Shown here: positions 12,569 through 25,556 of the stretch, one piece after another
Numbering within the stretch: position 1 is the first letter of the stretch
Layout: the number at the start of each line of letters is the position of its first letter
NCBI GenBank assembly: GCA_028534125.1
Contig: CM052833.1
Coordinates: 18,228,001-18,292,000, forward strand
Reading direction: 5' to 3'
Source: Lama glama
Lineage: Eukaryota
DNA: 64,000 bases
Program-made: the position numbers and the translations under genes
The notes under the pieces: model-generated
The model's database searches: none
What the model saw: the letters and a program-made list of their open reading frames with translations, nothing else
What the model was told of the DNA's origin: nothing

Positions 12569-15500
12569 CTGTGGACCGTTTGCTCCTGGAAGTTCTCTCC
12601 CGCCTCGGCTTCCGAGCCCGGGCCTCCGCTTGTCCCCTCTAACATCATTCCATGTGCAGGTGGCCTCTGCAGCCTCTCCTCCACGTCAGGGCTTCCCTGA
12701 GTCTGCCTCTGTCCTGTTCTCTCATCACATGATCTGTTTCTTCTTCCCCTCTGCTCGGATGGGTACAGCCCCTCCCGTTCACTGAGCCTCTGCCCGAAGA
12801 GCCCCTCCCTCCGCCCACCTCTCTGATACCCAGACCTGCCCTTCGACAGAGTCCTTACTGCTGCAGCAGGATGTAGGGTCTCTCTCTGGGCCCCGCTGAA
12901 CCACATGGAGACCACCGTTTTGTTACCCTTGTAACCTGTCACCGTGACTTACCGGACTGGCCCCAAATGACCTCATGTTAGGATTAATGCCCCAATTGTG
13001 GCCAGATTGCAGTGGCTCTTATCTGGAAACTCAGCTGTGCCTCAAGTCCTCCTTCATCTTCCTGGGGGGGGGGTGGTCTCCGATGAATGGGCTCAGGTCT
13101 GCCCACGTTCTCCTCCTTGCCCTGTGGGGTGACTCACCTGACCCCCTCCAGTCAGAAGCCACCAAGGAGAGGGTATCTGGGGGAGAGATGGGAGCAATAA
13201 GGGAGGCATGGTCTGCAGCTAATTTTCAAACAAGATAGAACTGACCAGACATCAGTCTGCTTTTTATTATCACTTGCCCGGGCAGTTTCAAACAATGGCA
13301 GAAACAGAATGCCCCTTCTTGCCAGGGTAAACCTTGTCCATTGCAGTCCCTCCCCCACTCCAAACATTTCTCAAGCAACTTATTCCACCGTCTTACCATT
13401 TCTGGTTTAATTCTCTTCATCATCTAGTAGACCATTTTTGTTTTTAGGCTAGTGGCAGGATGTTATAAATATATATGTTTTTGTTTTTTTTAGGGCCTAC
13501 CACAGATTCCACAATAGAGGAAGTGTTAGAAATTTATTGAATTAATAAATCAATGGATTTCTTCAATGTACCAGAATATCCTTTGGCAGGAAATCCTTGG
13601 TCAAAAAAGCATGTGGTAAGGAGACAAATTCAAAGTAAGGATTTATTGAAAACAAACTTGAGGCATAGTCTAAGGTTGCTGGAGATCTGGCCCACAATGG
13701 ACACCTAGCATCTGTCTGTATGGCATTGAAAAAATATTGCCTACAAATGTGAATCTGAGGCCCTCAAGATATTGAATCAACAATGAAAAGATTAATTTAT
13801 TGTTATTTGTTACATAGCTTGTGCAAGACCTGTGCTATAAAGCAGAAACATGGACCAATATATTTTATTGAAACTTTAAACGATGACAGTAAAATTGTTC
13901 TGGTGCATGGTGAACTTATAAGAAAGCTCAGTCGACCAGACATGGAATTTTGCAGGCGCTTCCTGGGATAATGTGACGCATTCTCTTCATGACTCACAGT
14001 GAAGCTTTAGTTCCATCCATCACGACAGCCTGGACACTTCAGTCAACCAGTGGAAGTAATCACGCCACCCTCTCAGGGGATATGTTGATTTCTGGGTCCA
14101 TTTGTCATTCCTAACAGATCAGAAAGTTTTCACCCATCTGGACAGGCTTTATTCATCAGTGTGTGTGTCACATGCGTGCACACAAGAAAGACCTGCCAGG
14201 TTTCATTAACCAGAGCCTCTAAGGAGCACATGGGATGTCTTTTCCCTTTAGGAGAAGCCCTGGAGTGCGTCGCCTTTGATCTGGGCTGAGACAGCCGTGG
14301 TTAGCACAGGGCAGGGCGGACCGCGGTTCTGATGCCGTGGAGGAGCTTGTGGAGGCTGGACCTGTCAGATGTGACTTCAGTCTCATAACTTTGGAACAGT
14401 AAATGGCCCTTTGCTTTGGAAGCCAGTCCACAGTTTGCTGGATCCACGACAAGATCTGAATTTCAGTTTGTGGATATTGTTAAGTGTGTTTGGGGGCAAG
14501 ATTTGCTGACTGGGCAAGAAGTAAGGATTATTTTATTCACGGACACGCGTCTCTAAAAATTTCACAGTCGGTGTGAAGCAGGACATGGTAGTGTTCACGG
14601 AGCCTTTGGGAACAGGCTTGGTGCCAGCTTGGACCTTCACCCCAGCATCAGCCCTCCTACCATCAGGGTGTCCTTTTAGGCTCTGTCTTCGGGTACAAAC
14701 TGCAGACAAACTAGGTCCCCCGGGGAGATGGGGGAACACACGTGTGTTTCACCAAGGCGAGGATGGGGAAGTGGTGGCTGTTGGTGGCGGAGGCGGGCCC
14801 AGCGCAGCAAGCGCAGAGCCCTCACCTGCGGGCCCCCCTATCGGGGGGCAGCTCCGGTTCCCATGCATCCCTCCTTGTCAGTGTCACCCATGTGATCAGG
14901 GCTGCAAAGGCCGTGATGCTGTTCATGCCATCTCGCGAAAGTCCGGCCCATTTCCCTTCCTGGGGACCCGCCCTGCCCTGCTGACTTCTGGCGGAGCACC
15001 AGCCCCAGAGGTGGCTCCCCCAGCTCTAACGACGGAGGACGGCCCCTCCCGGGAATAAACCTGAATCCCACATCCTCCGCGTGGTCTGCGGTTCCCGTGC
15101 ACCCGATGAAACGCACGTGAGCTGATTCTGAGAACAGAGGGACTTCGAGGAGGAAGGCAGCCGCTCCCTCTGCCCAGAGATGGCTGGACCTGCGGCGAGA
15201 GTGCGCTCTGGGGGCGGGAACAGTGAGAAATTAGGGGCTGGGATGGCCGGGACCTTGGCCTGCGGTAACTGGAAGACTGTGGGGGCGTCTGGAGAGTTTT
15301 GGAAACTTACTGTGAGTGTGGTGTTCCTGGGGTCGCTCCTGATGGGAGATCAGGTTGAAGAGCAGCGATGAACCGGGCGGGAGGCCCTAGACCCACCTAC
15401 CACTGAAACAGTTTGATGTTTGATCACTTGATTAATCCCCCTATCTCGCAGTGAGCGATATACTCGCAGTGACTGAGGAAAGCGATTCTGATGTTACTGG

Positions 15501-16059
15501 GTATTTAGATAGCTAAACAACGTGATTTTTGCGACTTTTGTTTAAATGCCATGCGATCCACAAAGTGTTACACAAATGTTATTTTTAGTGATGTGTCCCT
15601 TAAAATAGTAAAGCATGGGTTTACACCTACCAGTCTCTAACAGTGCTGTGGAGGGTAAAGAGATGGGTGCTTGAAAGTCAACCCGGTCTCAAAGCAGCTC
15701 ACGAAAGCCCTGGCTGGTGATTAGCCGTCAGGGACCCTGGGATGCCTGCCTCTGTCCCCGTCCCAGCCAGGTGTCAGGGCTGCTGCAGCTGTGCCAAGTC
15801 CTGGCTGCACGTGGGGATCACAGGAGCCTAAAAAATTACCTATGGCTCATCCCACCCCCAAGGGCTTGTGATCCAAACGGTGTGGATAGTGGCCTGGGCA
15901 GAGAGATTTAGAAAAAATCTCTTATATGTGGCCATGAAGAAAACCACTGCTCTGACCACGTATGAGAAACTGGGAAAGGCCGGAATTCGGAGGCGCCGTC
16001 AGTGCTGTGATCTGCAGTGTTCTCAGATGTGTCCCATTTCCCCAGTAGAAATCTTGCTC

Positions 16060-16200
16060 CTTTGCTCGTTTATTCACTCAGCAAACACAATCTGGGAACC
16101 TGATAAGTGTCAGGAATTGGGGGGACGATGGAGAAGGCACAAGTGGCTCTCACAGGGTTTAGAGCTCTCAGGAAAGCTGGGCTGGGAACAGATAATTCAA
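16060..16200 (-). mobile_element. L2 3' end
   Basis: tttattcactcagcaaacacaatctgggaacctgataagtgtcagg is an antisense L2 tail. Confidence 0.5.
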
Positions 16201-16369
16201 ACTCCTTGGTTGTATTTCAGCTCAGGGGAAGTGTGCCCACCCTCCTGAGTCTGTCCCCAGCAGGTGTCCTCCTGCCCGGTGATGTTCAAACCAGCAGAAC
16301 CATGCCGAGTGGGTTAGAGAGCCAAGGAAGCTTTATTCTCGGATCAGAGGATGGGAAGGGGGAGCTCGA

Positions 16370-17450
16370 ACAGGCCTGGCGGGGCAGCTTTGTCCAGACT
16401 GGGCAGCGGGAGGGGCGGGGCTGTGGGCGGGGCAGCCCAGATCCAGGTGCCGGGCGCAGAGTCTCTGCACACAGCCCCCCTCCGCCATCTTGAGCTGGGG
16501 CTCGTGGGCGGGGCTTCTGCACACGGCTCCCCCCGAGGAGTGCACGTGCGCGGGCGCCCCGCGAGGGGAACCCTGGTCTGAGGCACCGGGTGCGAGGCCG
16601 CTGGACGCGGCGCCCTGGGAGCGACGGGAGCTGGACTCGGCACAGAGGAGGAAAGGTCAGACTTTATGGCCCAGGTTCTGTTTCTGTGTCCCGGGAGCTG
16701 CTCACCGGCGCCCTCCGCACCCGTATGTCGGGGTGGAAGGCTAGTGAGAAGTTGTGGTCCTCCCCTGACAGGAAACGCGGTCGAGGGGTGTGGAGCGAGG
16801 GTCACGGCAGCCAGGGTCAGGGGGCCAGGGCGCCCCAAGCTCCGTCCTCGGGGGGCGCCTGAATGGGCCCCTCCTGACGGGGAGGCGGCGTCGGCGCTGG
16901 GAGGTGCCGGACGCCCCCGGGGCACTTGGCAGTGCCGCCCCGCCGCCCCCGCGCCCTGCGCGGCCCTGGTGTGCGCGCGGCCCGCGGCGGCAGCGCGAGG
17001 CGCATTCTCCGCGCTCCCGCGAGGGGTCTGGGCCAGCGCCAGGCGCGGGTGGGCGCCGCCGCAGTGCCCACCCCCGACGCCCCGGGGCTCCTGCTCAGGC
17101 CCCGGCCCCCGGTGACCCGGCGCCTGTCTCCCTTGGTGACCCGTCTCTGGTTTGGGGCCCGGAGACCCACGGCTGTTCGAGCCTCGCCCTGCCGCCTTAG
17201 GGTCCTCTGTGCCCCGCCACGCGGCTGGGAGGGAGCCTGGGGCCCCCGCGCCTGCTCGCAGGCTCCTGAGGAGAACGCAGCCCTCCAGAGGCCGAGAAGC
17301 CGGCTTCCCCCCGTCCTGGGAGGGGCGGCGGTGTGCGGACCTCGGTCCCCGTCGCCGCTGCAGGTCCGGCACACGTTCGCGTCATGGTGTAGCCCCTGGA
17401 GGCAACCCCGTTTCCGGCAGGGTGCCTAGTGTTGGGAATTGGCTCCCGGG
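16370..17450. promoter_or_regulatory. CpG island / probable gene promoter
   Basis: About 1 kb of very GC- and CpG-dense sequence. It contains multiple GC boxes (e.g. 16506-16514), a YY1 site CCGCCATCTT at 16482-16491 and an E-box CACGTG at 16543-16548. Candidate + strand donors are AAG|GTCAGA (after 16655) and CGG|GTGGGC (after 17048). Confidence 0.85.
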
Positions 17451-18279
17451 AGTAACAGCTGAGGGAGCCCTGAGGGAGCCCTAGGGGTGAGGAGAGGGGC
17501 CGGGCTGTCCCTTCAGGGTGGGTCCGGGGCAGGGCCGTGAGTGCAGCTTTGCGGATCAACCCAGATTCCCTGTTTGTGCAAGTCTTTCAGGTTCGTGTGC
17601 AGATCACTGAGACCTTTCATACTGAACACATGTCACCAATTTGAGTTAAACGGCTCGACCAGAGGCCAGGCCAGCTAATGTGGGTTAGCAGCTGTTGTTG
17701 CCCCAGCTTGTCAGATCATTAGACGTAGGGGCAAGAGAAATCACTAAGTCTGCATCCTTTACTGTTAGATCTGGGGTGACTGAGCACAGGGGAGGGGAAC
17801 ACACCTTCTGGTGCAGCGTGCAGCGGGGTGACTCCGGGTCCCCACTCCCGGCTTGCCCTGGGGCTTTGGTCCTGCTGGGGCTGGGAGGGCTCCTGCCAGT
17901 GTTGTCAGTGATGCCCTGGGCATCAGGGGCCTGAGGGTTTGTGTGCTTCTGGCTTTCAGCCATTGCTGGGAGCTGACCTAAATGAAGTGAGGGGTGGGTA
18001 GGTTCCGTGCACTATTTCCACAAGGGGGAGAAAGCCGCCTGTCACCCTGCCTTCCCTGTGGCACCAGCAGCAGCGGCAGGAAAGCTGTTAGTAGCCTTCG
18101 GGACAAACACATGGGCAAGTTTCTTTGTGTCCTTTTCAGGGTGTCTGATTAGCTTCCTTTGCTTTATATATAGTTTTCCAGGAATAGGCAAGTGTGCTTC
18201 TCGCTACAAAGATATTAATACCTGAAGGAAAACAACCACCAGGGCTGGAACCACTAAGTGAGGAGGAAGGGGTGGCGGG

Positions 18280-18296
18280 GAGAGAGAGAGAGAGAG
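18280..18296. repeat. (GA)n microsatellite
   Basis: Directly visible. Confidence 0.85.
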
Positions 18297-20356
18297 GTTC
18301 CTTGCCATGAAGGGAGGTACCAGCGTAGACAAGCCCCGGCCCTTTGGTGTGTGATTCAGATGGTCTGTTTCATAAGCACAGGATGGTCACAGGCTCTTCT
18401 ACGGCCCACAGGATAAGAAACATAGCTGATGATGATTGTATTTTATGTAACTTTACAATTTTATATATTATTATTTGATACTAGAGGTATCAGAATTGGC
18501 TGGTAATTCTAGGAAGAGTGTCGAGAATAATTAGCTGTCATTTGCCAATCACCCGGCAAGGTGGCTCCGCCTCCCTGCTGCTAATTCACCCTCATGGCCG
18601 AGAAGTCATGAGAATGAGCCTCAGCAGTCAGGCCGTCCAGACTCTGAGCTGACCGGTCCCTTGGAGGGTCAGGCACTGCTTAAGGACGACAATCTGGGGG
18701 CAACTCTGAAATGGAAAATCCCGAGTTCTGTGAGCATTCAGGGTGGAAATAAATGTGGATTTATTTCATCAAGGAAGCTTAAGTACAAAGTGAAAAGCAG
18801 CCTTTATTGCACAACTGGAAAATTTAGCTTGCTTGGAGCAAAGGAGACTTCGTTATTTTAATTCAGCTTCCAGTGTTTCATTTTGGGGGAAGCCAGTCTT
18901 TGGTTTTTTCGTTAGTCAAAACTTTTAAAGCAGCAGATGAGTTTACCTTCAGTTACACCTGTCACACTGGCAGGGTGGACATGTGGCATATTTTTGTGTG
19001 CGTTCGAGTTTAAGTCCATCAAGGTGGGATGAGGGGGTGTGTGAACACTGGGAGAGGCAGGAAAGGGGAGATCTGGGTACTCAGGTACGTGTGCATATGC
19101 TGTGAGGGAGGGAGGAGGGTCTGGGGCTGCGGACTTGGGATGGAAAGGATGCAGATGGGGCCTGTCTCATCTGACTTACATGGCCTTTTTTTCTGAGGTA
19201 CAAAAAGGTTTATATCTAAAGCCTCACAAGAGGGGAGCAGAGTCCAGGCAACCTGCTCCTCTCCAGAGAGCTGCAGAGACTTCAGTTCCCCAAGTCAGGG
19301 CTGCCCCAGGGATGGTCAGGCTCCATGGTGCCCTCGCATTGGGGATGGATGGCTGGGGACGCACCCAGAAGTGCGGAAGTGGGGAGGTTTTGTACTGGGT
19401 CACCTGGGCTGAGTGGGAAGTGCTCCCCAGAATTTTGTGTGGTCTGAGTTAGAGCTGCACGAGAAGTTGTGTGACGTGCAGAGGTCACGGCAGCCAGTGT
19501 GGTGACAGGCAGGGGTCTCTAGGCCACTCCCTCTTCCTCAGTGAGCATCGGCCAGTCGCTGGGGGTCCTCCACTCCTCAGCCAGTTATCTCCCTGCCTGC
19601 TGGTCCCAGGCCTGCCTTCCGCAGGCTTCTCCACTGGCCAGATGCTCAGGGTCTCCGGCCACCTTGGCAAACGCTGCCTTGTACACGCAGCAAGAGGTGC
19701 AATTAGCCACTCCCTCTTCTGGATCCTTGTTTCCCTAGCTTTGCCAACAGTCGTGTAAGGTTTTATTTCTATAATCACAGGGAATGGTTGATCCCCGGAG
19801 CTTGGGAGAGAGGGAGAAGGCAGTCGAATCCTTGAAGAAAGAGCAGCAGATCTGGCCGGTCTAACAGGAGCCCGGGAGGAACGAGGGGCGACCTGTCTGC
19901 TGGCCCACGGGCTCGAATCTCAGTGCAAGTCTCCACTGTGACCTTCTCATCTCAGTGACCTGTGCCTCCAGCAGGCGCTTGTAGACAGAGGCAGCTGTGA
20001 ATCCACACGGGCTTCACCAGGCAGCAAGAGTGGTCTGAGTGTGTGGAGAGTTACCCAATCATGTCGACTGTAAAGTCTGTGTGGGATGGATGGGGAGGAA
20101 GCTTCCAGAGTGTGTCAGAGGGCAGGTGGGCGGGGTCCAAGTCTCAAGCAGCCCCCATTAACTGGAAATTTAGCAATAAGCGGCACGTCGGTTAGGAGCC
20201 TCCAGGGGAAAACTGCTTAATCGTGTCTGGCAACTCCAAAGGCCACAAGGTAACTGTTTTTGTATTCTTACCCCCACAAGTACATGGTCATGGAGCTGGG
20301 ATTGTAAAAACAGACTTCTAAGATGAATTTGGGAATAGTCCTTATCTGGACTCCCA

Positions 20357-20382
20357 AACCAACCAACCAACCAACCCACCCA
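20357..20382. repeat. (AACC)n tetranucleotide repeat
   Basis: Directly visible. Confidence 0.85.
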
Positions 20383-20489
20383 CCCCATTTTGAGCACCAT
20401 TAAGTTTGTCTGTCTTTGCAAGGCAGAGGACTTCTTAGTGTTTAAATCATGGAGAGAGCCTAGTCACTCAACCAGACGCATGGTGCTTT

Positions 20490-20890
20490 TATAAGAACGC
20501 TGATAAAATCAGGAAGTCTAAGTTCTCATCTGGGTGTTCCCAAAGGGTCACTCATTGTCTTTGGGTCCACATTTCTTCATCTGTGAAACAAAGAGGCTGG
20601 GCCACATCAGCGGATCAGCTCTAATCAACTGGAGACTGTCAGGGCTGGAAGAGGGCCAGGAAAGACATCTGCCGGCAGCTTGTGATGGACCGAGACCCAG
20701 CTCTTTAGACCAGGGTCTTCCATGCTCAGCCACTTGCCAGTTGTGTGTTTGAGCTTCAGTTCCCTCAATTTTAAAATGTAAATACTGTAGCACCTCTATG
20801 ATACGGTGCTTGTCGCAGCTACATCAGTGTCTGTCTGATACAGTGCCTGGCACCCGTCAGAGTTTAGGGAAATTTAACCATTAGTATTAG
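20490..20890 (+). mobile_element. Two degraded MIR/MIR3 fragments
   Basis: cacatttcttcatctgtgaaacaaagaggctgg and gagcttcagttccctcaattttaaaatg...acagtgcctggcac. Confidence 0.55.
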
Positions 20891-20964
20891 TGTTTGGATT
20901 ATGTATTCCCTACTTCCTGGTTCCCAAATGCCGCTCTGTGCTCTGATGGCAGAACCAACTGGCT

Positions 20965-21105
20965 GATTTTAGAAATACTGATTCCTGTTTCCAAAACTGG
21001 AGATTTTGGTTCAGTAGGTGCAGTTTAGGAACAGGAATCTGTATTTCTGGAAAGTTTTTCAGGTTAATGATGACTAGTAGCCTTGTTTTGAAATCCAGGC
21101 TCTAG
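20965..21105. mobile_element. MER5A-like hAT fragment
   Basis: ggagattttggttcagtaggtgcagtttaggaacaggaatctgtattt resembles MER5A. Confidence 0.45.
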
Positions 21106-24100
21106 CCAACACACACACTTAGACTCACATACTCAGGTAAACACTCCCCTGTACTCACAGCTACATAATAAAATCTACTTAAAAACAGAATTATAATTCA
21201 AAAGAGAATTCCTTAGCCTCACAATAGAATGAGTTTCCTTATTCACACCCCATCCTCTTTTAAAGTATTGCAGTGACAGAAAGTGCTTTTTAGCACGGTG
21301 AGTAGCCTCCAGTCACAAGTTCTGACTTTCAAAGAGCCTGCGAGAAAGACTCTCTCCGAGGAATGTGGGTACGTCTGGCATCTGTACATGCCTTCTGCAG
21401 GATGGCACACAGCCGGCTCTCTGGGACGAGTGGAACGTTTCCCTTCTAGTTGCCCTCCAGATGTTTGAGGATGCGAGGAGACAGCCCAAGGGTGAGCAAT
21501 TTATGAAGCCTGGACCAGTGAAAAGCCGTGGCTCAGCAGAGCCCTCACTGGGTTCGTCATTCTCCTGCAGAGCCCAGGTCCTTTCATGTGGATGTGCCCT
21601 GCCCAGCAGGCCTTCAGTCAGACAGACTGCAGAGTTTTTCATCTCCTGCACTTTGCAGGTTTGCACGTTTGAGGCCCAGAACCAAGTGAGCAGTTGGTGC
21701 ACATGTGAAGTGGGCATCCTGGAGCAGACGGATGGTGGATGGTTATCTGGCTTCTCCAGACCCCGAATTAAGCTCATACCATGCAGTTCCCACCCAGCTA
21801 TGTTGTGCCTTCTCAAGGTTGCTGAAATTGAATCAAAAGCCAAAAACACATGCTGGCCAGGCTCAGAGAGCAGTGCCGATTGCAAACACATGGCTTAGCA
21901 ATGCGTAGGATGCTCTGGGGTGACTTGTGGGGTAGTTGATTAAGTGGGATAATCACAAGAAATGTTATTCAGATCCCTTGCCCTTGCACACAGGCACATG
22001 TTGAACTTCTTTTTTTTCTTACAAGCACTAAGTAAAAACAAAATCTTGGATGAAGATGCTTAATGACCCCAAAGATGGAAACTAAATTTTGGATTTGATT
22101 TTTACAGATGTCAGTGGAAAATGCCACATAAAGCAGGATGCTGGGCAGTTAGGATTTCTTGCAGCCTTGAGTGCAATTTCTGGAAAATGGGAGATTAAGA
22201 TCGTGGCTACAAAGAGTCCAGAACAGGTATCTTTGGGTCACAAGCAAAAAAGAAATCATGCAGGAGACATATCTGCTCCATTAGTCAAGGATGCCTATGG
22301 GTACCAGGCCAGCGCCAAACCACATGCTTGAGTTCAGAAAATAGCCCCCGGCTTAGAAGGGGATGGGGAGGGGGTCACAGACAGCCCTGCATCTCCTCCA
22401 GAATTCCAGGTTGGAAACAAATCTTTACTGGCAAGTGTCCAAGTTGTTTACCTTTGCCAAGTGATTCCTTGGACAAGACTAATCTTAGCAGCACGGGTTA
22501 GGGTGGTGTGGGTGGGCTTTGAACAAGGATGGTGATCCTGCCACATGAAGGAAATGGAATATCCTGCACAGAGACCTTTAGAAAGGCTGCTGGCCATCCG
22601 GCCGTTTCACTGTTCGGGAGTATTTTCTTCTGATGGGACGCTGTAGGGGGTCGAGGGTCTAGTGGGTGGAGAGAGCCCGGGCCCAGCCCTCAGGGCCGTG
22701 TTCTTAGCCTGGCTATGTCCTGGGGCCCCCGTTTCTCCTGTCTCCTTCTGCAGGCTCCCTCTGCGAGAGGAATTCTCAGTTGAGCTCAGCTTCCCGGCCC
22801 TCGCCCTTCTCTCTGGTCTGTTCTCCACAGCTGCCCCTGAAAAATAGACAAGCATGTTCCCTGAGCCCTCGCCATGTGATAACAGCGGGCGGGTTGTGTT
22901 TTGAGGATGGACAGTTCAGATGCATGAGGAACTGGTGACGGGAACAAAATCTTGGAGGCAGAGTTTTTCCCTATTTCTCCCTTTCGTTGTGTAGCTTTTT
23001 CTGAGGTTCGACCTGGCTGGAGCAGAGGTGAGGATCAGACCTTCGGAATTTAGGAGAAGTGAAGTGAGCGCAGTCAACGAGGCTTTCTGTCGCGTCCCAG
23101 TGCTGGGCCTCGTGCCGACATTTCCCAGGGGTTCTTGTATGCCGAGAGAAGCGCCAAGACGACTGTGCTTTGGGCTGCGTCTGGGCCTCTTGTCCACCCA
23201 TGCGGGGCCTCCCGCAGTACGCGGAGCACCTGGACTGCATCTTCCAAAGGTCCTTGGCTCCTTTTGGGGAAACTCTTGTGTATCAACATAACCTGTATGT
23301 GAGGATCGTACTGGGAAACTGGCGGGTAACGAGGAGGGTGGGGAAGACGGTGTGCAGGTTAGCGGTTGGCACTGAGGGCTCAGGGAGGAGGTGCCTGGAG
23401 GGCGACTGGGGCTCTTCAGCGGGGCTTCCTTTTGGGCGGATTTCTGCCTAGTTTTCATTATCACCTCCTTAAGGAGAAAAATTAAATTCTGCCTAGTGAG
23501 AGAAATGAAGTACTGAGAAGTGAGATTTTGTTGAATACCACTGAGCTTTGAAGGGCTACAAACCTTGATAATATCTGAATTTTTTTTTGTCTCCAAGAAT
23601 CAAATTTTGCCTGTAGATCCCCCATTAAAAACGGATGGTTTGAAAGTCCAAGTGCACGCCCCACCCAGTTTGTCTGGTTTAGAGGGGCTGGACTTGGCCT
23701 CTCCTTGTGAGTCAGAGCAAGTTCTAGTTTTTCAGATCATCAGATTTTCAAAGCCTGAGCATCTTATAATCACTTTCTAAAGTATTTAATGATCTGATAT
23801 GTTGCATTTATTACAGTCTTAGGTAATGTTACAGTTATGTCAGTAAATAGTGTTCATCCAATTTGAGACGCTCAGGCTTTCCTGTAATTGATTAGGGTTG
23901 TGAATCTGCCCGTCTCCCAGTGGTAGTGTCATATACTCGGCACTGGTAGTTCTACCTGCTTCTTTCCACGTGTTTATGTCTGCATTTCCTTGTGCAGTAG
24001 ACATCTGAGTGTGTGTTGTGTGCTGCGTCTGCGACTGCTCCGTGTGTGCTGGTCACACTTCATCCTGTCCACATGTGACCACTGCTCGCTGAGAATCTCT

Positions 24101-25049
24101 GAGACCCCTTGGTCCAAGCAGATGTCAGATCCTGTGGAGTCCTTGACCTGCCCTTGACTCGGTCTGACTCATGGTCACCTCCTCAAATGGATTCCCTTTA
24201 CCACTGTGACACGTGCTGTTCTTCTGACTCTGCTGACTTCGCTCTTAAATGTCAGAATTCCTCAGAACTCTGCTCTTGGTCCTCCTTTCCTCTGAAGCCA
24301 TATTCCTGGCCAGGAGTCTCGCCCTCTATGCCCAAGGCTCCGCAGCTTTCCCTCAAGGCTGGCGTTTCCCCGAGGCCTGCCCTCCGCCCCACCCCACCCC
24401 TGGGGGCTGCCTCTCAGTCTCTGTGAGGATGAAGTCGTCATCTTCCCCAGCCCCGTCTCCTCCCGTGTTTTCTGTCCTGGCTGGTGGTGCCTGTCACCAG
24501 AATCACCACGGGTTCAGCTGTGAGACAGACTCTGCAGAAAACTTTTCCACCTCCAGAAACTTGTGTCACTGTTGATCAGGAGCTGGGTAACAGGTGTCCA
24601 GAGTCAAATGCTGAAGGTTGGTCTTATACATTAGAATGATTTTTTCCTAAAAAACACGAACTCCTTAGTTTAAGATCTTTCTGGAGTGACAGAGGAATGG
24701 GTGGAGTTCAGGCCACTGTTTTTGGCAGGCTGCGGGGCATCTTGCATCTCAGGTGATCTACGTCCTGGGTGTCGAGGATGAGGAAAGGTTGGGGACCAGT
24801 CACGTCTTGTCCTGTTCCTGGGAGTTTGTCAGGCTCGACATAGGCACATGCACCAGATGGGAATGATGAGGCTTCAGGAGAGCTCCTGCTCTGTGGCCTT
24901 GTCTCTCATTCCCCAGTGCAGCCGTTCCAAACAGCTTTGGTGGCATAGTTACTCAGGCTGTGCTGTGCCTGGTGTCTTTGCACGAATTCATGTGGCTGCT
25001 GGAAACCCTCATTCATTCATCCATCAAATATAAATGAAAGGATGACTGG

Positions 25050-25556
25050 AAATCCTGAAGGAGTTGAAACCAAGAATTCTAACAGATACGTATACACCAG
25101 TGTTCTTAGCAGCACTGTTCACGGTAGCCAGAAGCAGCTCAGTGCCCTTCAACCGATGAGTGGAGAAATTAAGTATGGGCTATATATGCGATGGGATGTA
25201 ATTCAGCCACACAAAGGAGGAAAATACGTTGCATGTACAACACAGATAGAAAGTGAAATAAGCCAGAAACAAAAGGACAGATACCATGAGTCCANNNNNN
25301 NNNNNNNNNNNNNNNNNNNNNNNNNNNNNNNNNNNNNNNNNNNNNNNNNNNNNNNNNNNNNNNNNNNNNNNNNNNNNNNNNNNNNNNNNNNNNNNNNNNN
25401 NNNNNNNNNNNNNNNNNNNNNNNNNNNNNNNNNNNNNNNNNNNNNNNNNNNNNNNNNNNNNNNNNNNNNNNNNNNNNNNNNNNNNNNNNNNNNNNNNNNN
25501 NNNNNNNNNNNNNNNNNNNNNNNNNNNNNNNNNNNNNNNNNTAAAAAATAAATAAG
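25050..25556 (+). mobile_element. L1MB-like 3' end interrupted by an assembly gap
   Basis: gatacgtatacaccagtgttcttagcagcactgttcacggtagcc...aagtgaaataagccagaaacaaaaggacagatac is an L1 3' end. An A-rich tail follows the gap. Confidence 0.8.
25295..25541. other. Assembly gap (247 N)
   Basis: Run of n characters. Confidence 1.

Noticed and set aside
16344-17429. Long ORFs across the CpG island (342 aa on -, 149-185 aa in other frames)
   Set aside because: Several frames on both strands are open at once, with A/G/P/R low-complexity composition. This reflects stop-codon scarcity in GC-rich DNA, and no domain is recognisable.
18306-18322. gccATGaagggag|gtacca as another mini first exon
   Set aside because: The donor is weak, there is no supporting promoter motif cluster, and the pattern is too short to distinguish from chance.
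22916-23596. 226-aa minus-strand ORF
   Set aside because: No recognisable homology or splice context, and overlapping frames are also open. A chance ORF is likely, though a BLASTp would be needed to exclude it fully.
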